A DNA stretch of 64,000 bases. Source: Vicinamibacteria bacterium (GTDB lineage Bacteria; Acidobacteriota; Vicinamibacteria; Marinacidobacterales; Marinacidobacteraceae). The position numbers and the translations under genes are program-made. Below the pieces are notes generated by a model that was given only the letters and a program-made list of their open reading frames with translations, ran no database searches and was not told the DNA's origin. Shown piece after piece: positions 1 through 7,130 of the stretch. The DNA is taken from the NCBI GenBank assembly GCA_963555995.3, contig OY821641.1, positions 3,552,001 through 3,616,000 on the forward strand, read 5' to 3'. The first letter of the stretch is position 1. Every line of letters starts with the position of its first letter.

Positions 1-696
1 GGCCGCGAACAGCCGGTCCAGCAGGTCGTCGCTTCCATCGCCGCCCCGCCCGCGGCTGCCCATGAGTCCGTAGATGATCCGGTCCAGACGCTTCATGGCC
101 CGCTTCCACTTGCGGTTGTGGGGCGTGGGAATCCAGGGCCAGAGCGTCAGGTACCCCCGGAGGTCGTGGGTGGAAAGGTTCACGACGCCCAGGATCTCGG
201 CCATCTCGCCGGCGTGCTCCCGGATGTCGCGCCCGAAGAGCGTCTCGCCGACGATGTCGAAGGTCAGCGCGCTCATCTCCCGGTCCAGCCAGACGGGTTC
301 GGCGGCGTCGTGCCGTTCCCACCGGTCCGCCAGCGACGACGTGAGCTCGTTGATCGTCGCATCGAAGCGGGCCAGCCGGCGGCTCGCGAACGCCGGCTGG
401 ATCAGCCGTCGCTGCCGGACCCAGTCCGGCCCGTCGTTCGTGACCAGCCCGTTCCCCATCAACTGGCGCAGCATCCGGTACTCGATGGTGCTCTTGGAGA
501 AGTGGCGATGGTCCCGCGTGACGACCGGGCGGATCAGGTCCGGGTGGTTCACGAGGCACATGCTCGTGAGGCCACGCCAGTACACGAGGTCTCCGTACTC
601 CTGAAGCATCTCGTGCATCGCGGTGTGCGGGTTCCGCGACGCCTGCCGCACCCGGTGGAACCGCGGCGTCGCGGGCGGGCGGCGGCGGTCGGTCAC
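1..696 (-). CDS. Cytochrome P450, N-terminal part (runs off window)
   Basis: Not in the ORF track. Minus-strand translation from GTG at 696 gives EYGDLVYW...VNHPDLIRPVV...LMGNGLVTNDGPDWVRQRRLIQPAF...MKRLDRIIYGLM...DDLLDRL, a typical P450 N-terminal half. The heme Cys motif lies outside the window. Confidence 0.85.
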   Translation of the reverse strand, partial: MTDRRRPPATPRFHRVRQASRNPHTAMHEMLQEYGDLVYWRGLTSMCLVNHPDLIRPVVTRDHRHFSKSTIEYRMLRQLMGNGLVTNDGPDWVRQRRLIQPAFASRRLARFDATINELTSSLADRWERHDAAEPVWLDREMSALTFDIVGETLFGRDIREHAGEMAEILGVVNLSTHDLRGYLTLWPWIPTPHNRKWKRAMKRLDRIIYGLMGSRGRGGDGSDDLLDRLFAA

Positions 697-715
697 GAGT
701 GCGGGGAGGGAGGCG

Positions 716-1543
716 TCAGGTCAGCACCACCGCCGCGGGCGGCAGGGTCCCACCGGCCTCCGCCCGGTAGAGCTCCCCGGCGGCTGCCGCGAGGGGAGGA
801 GCCAGCGATCCCGTGGTGACCACCTCGCCGGCGGCGAGCGGGCTGCCCTGGTCGGCGGCCATCTCCACGAGCACCCCGACCGCATCGAGCGGGTTCCCGA
901 GGACCATGCGGCCCGCCCCGTCGGCCACATGGCGCGGGGGTTCTGAGCCCGTGGACAGGGTCATGGACACCGTCAGCGCGGCCATCGCGGCGGCGGTGGC
1001 CTCCGGGTCGGTCACCGGGACCGTCGGCCCCACCGCGAGCCCGTGGTGGATCCCGCCGGCCGCGACGGCATCGGCCGGGCGCATGTTCCATCCCGGATAC
1101 GGCGAGTCCACGATCTCGAAGCCGAGGCCGATCTCCGCCACGTGGCGGGCGACCGCGGCGCCCCGGTCTCCGCGCGCGGGGACGGAGCGGAGCACGACCA
1201 CCACCTCGATCTCGACCTTGGGTTCCACGGACCCCGCCATGGAGATTGCCGGAGTTTCCCCGTCCGGCCCCGTGCGGGTCACCGTCTCCTCGAACATGGT
1301 CCCCCACACCGGATGGGTCAGGCCGGCCTTCTCCCAGAGCGCCGGGTTCGTGAACCCGATCTTCCGCCCGGCCACCGGCGAGCGGGCGGCGCGGCGGCAG
1401 GCGACGATCCCCGCCACCTGATACGCCTCGTCGAAACCGAATCCGGGAACGCGGCCGGTGAACGGAGCGAGGCGTCCGCCCGCGGCGCGCGCGGCGATGA
1501 TTTCCTCGGCGATGGTCATGGGATCGAACGACGGGTCGGTCAT
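716..1543 (-). CDS. 2-keto-4-pentenoate hydratase / fumarylacetoacetate hydrolase family protein
   Basis: GRKIGFTN, EPKVEIEV, GFEIVDS, LGNPL and GEVVTTGS motifs. Start taken as MTDPSF, preceded by GGAGG. Confidence 0.85.
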   Translation of the reverse strand: MTDPSFDPMTIAEEIIAARAAGGRLAPFTGRVPGFGFDEAYQVAGIVACRRAARSPVAGRKIGFTNPALWEKAGLTHPVWGTMFEETVTRTGPDGETPAISMAGSVEPKVEIEVVVVLRSVPARGDRGAAVARHVAEIGLGFEIVDSPYPGWNMRPADAVAAGGIHHGLAVGPTVPVTDPEATAAAMAALTVSMTLSTGSEPPRHVADGAGRMVLGNPLDAVGVLVEMAADQGSPLAAGEVVTTGSLAPPLAAAAGELYRAEAGGTLPPAAVVLT

Positions 1544-1610
1544 GGAATGCCTCCGACCGGGCAGTGTACGGATTCGGGTAGAGTCAGGCGCCGCCGCCGG
1601 CGCGTCTCCA

Positions 1611-1994
1611 GTGTTCAGCATCTCCGTCCGCGACCACGTGATGTGCTCCCATTCGCTCCGCGGCGAGATCTTCGGCCCGGCGCAGAACCGCCACGGCGCC
1701 ACCTACGCGGTCACCGCCGAGTTCCGCGGCCCGGAACTCGACGAACACGGCGTGCTGCTCGACCTCGCCTGGGCCAAGGACGCTCTCGGGGAAGCGCTCG
1801 CGCCGCTCCGCTACGCGGACCTCGACGAGACGTTCCCCGGCGAGAACACGACCACCGAGTTCCTCTGCCGCCACGTCCACGGCGAACTCGTGCGCCGGCT
1901 GCCGCCGGGTTTCGAGGGCGTGATCCGCGTGGAGCTGGTCGAGAATCCCCTGATGGCGGCGGCCTACGAGGCCCGCGCCTCATCCCGCGCCTGA
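1611..1994 (+). CDS. 6-carboxytetrahydropterin synthase (QueD/PTPS) family protein
   Basis: MFSISVRDHVMCSHSL...HGATY...NTTTEFL...VELVE, with T-fold His/Glu pattern. GTG start. Confidence 0.8.
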   Translation: MFSISVRDHVMCSHSLRGEIFGPAQNRHGATYAVTAEFRGPELDEHGVLLDLAWAKDALGEALAPLRYADLDETFPGENTTTEFLCRHVHGELVRRLPPGFEGVIRVELVENPLMAAAYEARASSRA

Positions 1995-2008
1995 AAGGAA
2001 GACCGCCC

Positions 2009-3190
2009 TTGTCCGAAGACGATCGTTCCCGGAGCCTCGACACCCGCGCCGTCCACGAGGGGGCGCTGTCCCCCCGGCCGCTCGGCGCCGTTTCGACCCC
2101 GGTCTTCCAGACCGCGAACTTCGAGTACCACGGCGAGCAGTACCACGACGTGGGCTATCTGCGGCTGTCGAACAGCCCGAACCACGCGGTGCTCCACCGC
2201 CGGATCGCGTCGCTCGAAGGAACCGAGGACGCGCTCGTCACCGGGAGCGGCATGGCGGCGATCTCCTCGGCGCTCCTCACCTTCCTGAGCGCTGGGGACC
2301 ACCTGCTGGTGCAGGACGTGGTGTACGGCGGGACCGCCAACATGCTGGCGCACGACCTGCCGCGCTGGGGCATCACCCACACGAAGGTGGACCCGCAGGA
2401 CCCCGCGTCCTGGGAAGCGGCGATGACCCCGGCCACGAAGCTGATCTACGTCGAGACGCTCACGAACCCGCTGGTCCAGATGGCCGACCTGGAGGCGGTG
2501 GCCGCGTTCGCCCGGGCGAACGGGCTGGTCTCCATGATTGACAACACCTTCGCCAGCCCGGTGCTCTGCCGCCCGGCGGAACTCGGCTTCGACCTGGTGA
2601 TGGAGAGCTGCACCAAGTACATGAACGGGCACAACGACCTGGTGGCGGGGTCGGTCGCGGGGTCCGCCGAGCGGGTGCGCCGGATCAAGCTGACCCTCGA
2701 CCACCTCGGGGGTTCGCTCGATCCCCACGCCTGCGTCCTGCTCGAGCGCGGGCTCAAGACCATCGGCCTCCGGGTCCGCCGGCAGTCGGCGAACGCGCTC
2801 GAACTGGCGCGCTTCCTCGAGGGCCGGCCCGAGATCGAGGAGGTCCACTATCCGGGCCTCGCCTCCCACGCCCAGCACGAGCGGGCGGCCCGCCTGCTGA
2901 GCGGCGGCTTCGGGGGGATGCTGGCGTTCGTCCACGCGGGCGGGGGCGAGGAGGCTGACCGGTTCGCGTCGCGCCTCCGCCTTCCCACGGTGGCGGCGAG
3001 CCTCGGCGGGGTGGAGTCGCTCATCGTGCGGCCCGCCGCCGCCATCGTCAGCGGGCTTCCCCCCGAGGCGCGGGCGGAAATGGGCATCATCGAGGCCCTC
3101 ATGCGGTTCTCCACCGGCGTGGAGTCCGCCGAAGACCTGATCGCCGACTTCGCGCAGGCCCTGGGAGCGCCGGTCTCCAGACCGGCATAG
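2009..3190 (+). CDS. PLP-dependent Cys/Met metabolism enzyme (cystathionine gamma-lyase/synthase family)
   Basis: TRAVHEG, SGMAAI, YVETLTNP, IDNTFASP, SCTKYMNGHND (PLP Lys) and ASLGGVESL. TTG start inferred. Confidence 0.9.
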   Translation: MSEDDRSRSLDTRAVHEGALSPRPLGAVSTPVFQTANFEYHGEQYHDVGYLRLSNSPNHAVLHRRIASLEGTEDALVTGSGMAAISSALLTFLSAGDHLLVQDVVYGGTANMLAHDLPRWGITHTKVDPQDPASWEAAMTPATKLIYVETLTNPLVQMADLEAVAAFARANGLVSMIDNTFASPVLCRPAELGFDLVMESCTKYMNGHNDLVAGSVAGSAERVRRIKLTLDHLGGSLDPHACVLLERGLKTIGLRVRRQSANALELARFLEGRPEIEEVHYPGLASHAQHERAARLLSGGFGGMLAFVHAGGGEEADRFASRLRLPTVAASLGGVESLIVRPAAAIVSGLPPEARAEMGIIEALMRFSTGVESAEDLIADFAQALGAPVSRPA

Positions 3191-3263
3191 CCGCGCCTCT
3201 GGCGCGGCGCCTGGCACTTCACGGGTCCACGCCACGCGCCGCAAGCAGGAGCACACCGGACCG

Positions 3264-3920
3264 ATGGACACGAGGAGGGCGCGGACGGGCGAGCCGAACT
3301 TCCCACCGCTCCCCGCGGAACGCTTCGGGATCATCTACGCCGACCCGCCCTGGGACTACAAGGGCCAGTTGCAGCACGCGGGTCCGGCCAGCGGCGACAC
3401 CGGCGGGGCGGTCCGGCACTATGCGACGGTCACCCTCGACGACCTGAAGAAGCTGCCGGTGGAGGCCATCGCGGCCGACGAGTGCCTCCTCTTCCTCTGG
3501 GCGACGAGCCCGCATCTCGACCAGGCCATCGAGCTGGGCAAGTCCTGGGGATTCGCCTGGGCGACGGTCGCCTTCGTCTGGGACAAGGTGCGGGTGAATC
3601 CCGGCTTTTACACCCTGAGCCAGTGCGAGCTGTGCCTCGTGTTCCGCCGCGGCCGCATCCCCACCCCGCGCGGCGCGCGCAACGTGCGCCAAATGGTCCG
3701 CGCCGAACGCGGACCCCACTCGCAGAAACCCGACGAAGTCCGCCGCCGGATCGAGCGGATGTTCCCCGAGCAGCGGAAGATCGAACTGTTCGCCCGCCGT
3801 AGGGTTCCCGGCTGGTGCGCCTGGGGCCTGGAGTCGGACGGACGCCTCCCGGCCTCGCCCACCGATACCGGTTCCGCGCCGTCTGCGGACGGGGTCGGGC
3901 GGCTCTTCCCCGATTGTTAG
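3264..3920 (+). CDS. MT-A70 family N6-adenine methyltransferase (orphan)
   Basis: IIYADPPW catalytic motif, LFLWAT, HSQKPDE and IELFAR. Confidence 0.9.
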   Translation: MDTRRARTGEPNFPPLPAERFGIIYADPPWDYKGQLQHAGPASGDTGGAVRHYATVTLDDLKKLPVEAIAADECLLFLWATSPHLDQAIELGKSWGFAWATVAFVWDKVRVNPGFYTLSQCELCLVFRRGRIPTPRGARNVRQMVRAERGPHSQKPDEVRRRIERMFPEQRKIELFARRRVPGWCAWGLESDGRLPASPTDTGSAPSADGVGRLFPDC

Positions 3921-3930
3921 AGTCCCTTCC

Positions 3931-4350
3931 GTGGCTTGGTGGATCTGGATTGCCGCGGGGGTCGTCCTCGCGGGGCTGGAGATGCTCGCCGGCGGGGAAC
4001 TGTGGCTCCTCTTCGCCGGGGTCGCGGCGATCGTCGTCGGTCTCCTCGCCGGCGTCGGCGTGACCGGGCTGGGGGCGCAACTCCTCGTCTTCTCGGTGCT
4101 GGCGGTCTCCGCGTTCTTCCTGCGGCGGCGGCTGCTCAAGCCGACGGGCGCGGAGCCGGTCGGGAGCGAGTCGCTGGTCGGCGAGCTCGGGACCGCGACC
4201 TCGCCGATCCTGCCCGGCAAGACCGGAGACGCCGAGTTCCGCGGCTCCCGCTGGCCTGCCCGAACGGCTTCCGGGAGTCCCATCGAATCGGGCGCCGCCG
4301 TGCGGGTGGTCCGCATGGAGGGCATCACGCTCTTCGTGGAGCCCGCATGA
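3931..4350 (+). CDS. NfeD family membrane protein
   Basis: Hydrophobic N-terminus (WIWIAAGVVLAGLEML) and OB-fold C-terminus (GSRWPAR...VRVVRMEGITLFVE). Adjacent to an SPFH gene. Confidence 0.88.
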   Translation: MAWWIWIAAGVVLAGLEMLAGGELWLLFAGVAAIVVGLLAGVGVTGLGAQLLVFSVLAVSAFFLRRRLLKPTGAEPVGSESLVGELGTATSPILPGKTGDAEFRGSRWPARTASGSPIESGAAVRVVRMEGITLFVEPA

Positions 4351-4390
4351 AACCGCGCCGCCATCGAGCGCGCGAAGGGGGGAGAGGTCG

Positions 4391-5326
4391 TTGACGACTT
4401 TCCAGATCGTTGCGGGGCTGCTCGCCCTGTTGGTTGTGTACACGCTCTACCGCACCGCCCGCGTCGTGCCGCAGCAGCAGGTGTACGTCGTGGAACGGCT
4501 CGGCCGCTACCACGCCAGTCTCAAGGCCGGCTTCCACCTGCTGGTGCCCTTCCTCGACCGGATCGCCTACAAGCACTCGCTGAAGGAGCGCGCCATTGAC
4601 GTCCCCCAGCAGGTCTGCATCACCCGCGACAACGTCCAGATCGCCGTGGACGGCGTGCTCTACCTGCAGGTCGTGGACGCTCAGCGCGCCTCCTACGGCA
4701 TCGGCGACTACGTGTTCGCGATCGCCCAGCTCGCCCAGACCACGCTCCGGAGCGAGGTCGGCAAGATTGACCTCGACCGCACCTTCGAGGAGCGGGCGGC
4801 GATCAACGCGTCGGTGGTCCAGGAAGTGGACCGCGCCAGCGATCCCTGGGGGGTGAAGGTCCTCCGCTACGAGATCCGCGACATTGCGCCGCCGCGGGAC
4901 GTGCTGGCCGCCATGGAAAAGCAGATGCGCGCCGAGCGCGAGAAGCGCGCCACCATCCTCGAGTCCGAGGCCGACCGCGAGTCGCAGATCAACCGCGCCG
5001 AGGGCGAGAAGCAACGCGTCATCCGCGAATCCGAGGCCCAGCGCCAGAAGCAGATCAACGAGGCGGAGGGCGAGGCCCACGCCATCCGCGCCGTCGCCGA
5101 GGCGACCGCCGAGGGAATCCGCAAGGTGGGCGAGGCGGTCTCCGGCCCCGGCGGCCTCGAATCCGCCCGCATCCGGGTCGCCGAGCAGTACGTGTCAGAA
5201 TTTGGCAATCTCGCCCGAACGAACAACACCATCATTCTGCCGTCCAACCTGGCCGATGTGTCAGGTTTTGTCGCAACAGCGATGGAAGTCATCAAGGGCG
5301 CGGGTACGCCGCCCCCGAAGTCGTAG
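4391..5326 (+). CDS. SPFH/Band 7 (stomatin/QmcA-like) protein
   Basis: VVERLGRY, QVCITRDNV, LAQTTLRSEVG, WGVKVLRYEI and MEKQMRAEREKRA. Confidence 0.92.
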   Translation: MTTFQIVAGLLALLVVYTLYRTARVVPQQQVYVVERLGRYHASLKAGFHLLVPFLDRIAYKHSLKERAIDVPQQVCITRDNVQIAVDGVLYLQVVDAQRASYGIGDYVFAIAQLAQTTLRSEVGKIDLDRTFEERAAINASVVQEVDRASDPWGVKVLRYEIRDIAPPRDVLAAMEKQMRAEREKRATILESEADRESQINRAEGEKQRVIRESEAQRQKQINEAEGEAHAIRAVAEATAEGIRKVGEAVSGPGGLESARIRVAEQYVSEFGNLARTNNTIILPSNLADVSGFVATAMEVIKGAGTPPPKS

Positions 5327-5331
5327 CCGGG

Positions 5332-5613
5332 GGGAGCGCCGGTCTTCAGACCGGCACGCGGCCCGCAGGGCCGCAGGCGGCGCAGGGACGCTCAGCCGCA
5401 TGGGGCACCGGCTTGGAACGCCGGTCTCCAGACCGGCACCCGCGGCCCTCCGGGCCGCGGAAGGGCGCATCGTTATCCGCCTTGGTGGCAGCGCCGTACA
5501 GCAAGCCCCAGCCCGTTCAGGCTGGCGCGGAGGGAAGAATCATCCCGCGGGTCAGCGTCACGCCGTGCGCGGTGCGGAGCACCGCGCGTGCCGGTCAGAG
5601 ACCGGCGTTCCAA
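5332..5613. repeat. Cluster of three REP-like palindromes
   Basis: Copies at 5332-5357 (+), 5413-5439 (+) and 5588-5613 (-). Core is GCCGGTC-loop-GACCGGCAC. Confidence 0.85.
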
Positions 5614-5673
5614 GCCGGGGACGCCACCCCGCCAATCAGCGGCACGCAGAGGGAAGAGCCATCCCGCAGACCA

Positions 5674-7050
5674 GGCTCTTCACGGTTTCGTGTGGAAACA
5701 GGCCGCAGCCGGGCTGAGATCCAGCCCGCCCAGGGGAAGTAGATCGCCTCCCGGAAGCGGGCGCGGTTTCGGGAGGGTGCTCGGGAGGCGTCGTTTTATG
5801 CTGGCGTGATGACGTACATCACCCAGCATTACCAATCGCTTCTCGGCTTGCGTCCCCCGTGGCAGGTGTCGGAGGTCCTGGTGCGCCACGAGACGGAGGA
5901 GGTTGAGGTGATGGTGGTGTGGACGGGAGGCCGCCTGGCGTGCCCGGAGTGCGGCGAGGCGGGTCAGCGGCACGACGGGCGGCGGCGGCGCTGGCGGCAT
6001 CTGGACACGATGCAGTATCAGACCTGGTTGGTGGCGGAGATCCCGCGGGTGCGCTGCACGGTGCATGGGGTGCGACAGGTGGTTCCCCCGTGGGCGGATG
6101 CGAACTCCCGATTCACGGCCCGTTTCGAGGGGCTGGTGATCGCCTGGCTTCTGGAAGCGAGCGCCTCGGCGGTCGCGCGGCAGTTCGGTCTTTCGTGGGG
6201 TCAGGTGGCGGGTATCCAGCACCGGGCGGTGCGGCGGGGGCTGGCGCGCCGGGAGCTCCGTCCGCCCCGTCGGATCGGGGTGGATGAGACCTCCTTCCAG
6301 AAGCGGCACGAGTATGTGACGGTGGTGAACGATCTGGCAGGCAGCGTCCTGTATGTCGCTGACGGGCGGAGCCAAACGGCTCTTGACGGCTTCTTCGAGG
6401 AACTGGGGTCGGAAGGGTGTGCCGAGCTTGAGCAGGTGGCGATGGACATGGCGCAGCCGTACATCCGGTCGGTCCGGGAGAACACCGAAGCGGAGATCGT
6501 GTTCGACAAGTTCCACGTGTTTCAGCACCTGGGACAGGCGGTGGACCGGGTGCGCCGGGAGGAGCATCGGGAGTTGCTGCGCTCCGGGGACGACCGGCTC
6601 AACAAGAGCAGGTACCTGTGGCAGATGAAGCCGGGGACGCTGAATCGCCGGCAGCAGTTGAAATTCGCCACCCTGCGGAACAGTGAACTCCGGGTGGCGC
6701 GCGCCTGGGCGATCAAGCAGTTGGCCGCAACCCTGTGGGGATACCGGGTCCGGGGCTGGGCCGAACGCCGGTGGAAGCAGTGGTACGGCTGGGCCATCCG
6801 CTCACGCCTGGAACCCATCAAGCGTGTCGCTCGGATGATCAAGCGACACTGGGATGGCGTGATCAACGCCGCCACCTCCACCGTCACCAATGCACGCGCC
6901 GAGGCCATCAACTCGCGCATCCAGTGGCTCAAGAAGATGGCCTGCGGTTACCGAAACCGCGCCCGCTTCCGGGAGGCGATCTACTTCCACCTGGGCGGGC
7001 TGGACCTCAGCCCGGCTGCGGCCTGTTTCCACACGAAACCGTGAAGCGCC
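5674..7050 (+). mobile_element. ISL3-family insertion sequence
   Basis: Left end starts GGCTCTT. Inverted repeats at 5674-5772 and 6951-7050. 8-bp target duplication GCAGACCA at 5666-5673 and 7051-7058. Confidence 0.93.
5806..7044 (+). CDS. ISL3-family DDE transposase
   Basis: Zn finger (CPECG...RVRCTVHG), IGVDETSF, VAMDM, VFDKFHV and TNARAEAINSRIQ. The start may be ATG 5809. Confidence 0.95.
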   Translation: MMTYITQHYQSLLGLRPPWQVSEVLVRHETEEVEVMVVWTGGRLACPECGEAGQRHDGRRRRWRHLDTMQYQTWLVAEIPRVRCTVHGVRQVVPPWADANSRFTARFEGLVIAWLLEASASAVARQFGLSWGQVAGIQHRAVRRGLARRELRPPRRIGVDETSFQKRHEYVTVVNDLAGSVLYVADGRSQTALDGFFEELGSEGCAELEQVAMDMAQPYIRSVRENTEAEIVFDKFHVFQHLGQAVDRVRREEHRELLRSGDDRLNKSRYLWQMKPGTLNRRQQLKFATLRNSELRVARAWAIKQLAATLWGYRVRGWAERRWKQWYGWAIRSRLEPIKRVARMIKRHWDGVINAATSTVTNARAEAINSRIQWLKKMACGYRNRARFREAIYFHLGGLDLSPAAACFHTKP

Positions 7051-7091
7051 GCAGACCAGCGTCGCGCCGTGCGCAGTGCGGAGCACCGCGC

Positions 7092-7118
7092 GTGCCGGTC
7101 TGGAGACCGGCGTTCCAA
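7092..7118 (-). repeat. REP-like palindrome
   Basis: Reverse copy of TTGGAACGCCGGTCTCCAGACCGGCAC. Confidence 0.85.
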
Positions 7119-7130
7119 GCCGTATGCGCT

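Noticed and set aside
5643-5660. GAAGAGCC resembling another ISL3 end next to the element
   Set aside because: Only an 8-bp match, with no partner end or target duplication found.
5680-6567. Second transposase on the minus strand (shares the C-terminal GGLDLSPAAACFHTKP)
   Set aside because: This follows from the long inverted repeat. The rest is antisense to the real transposase and has no DDE motifs.
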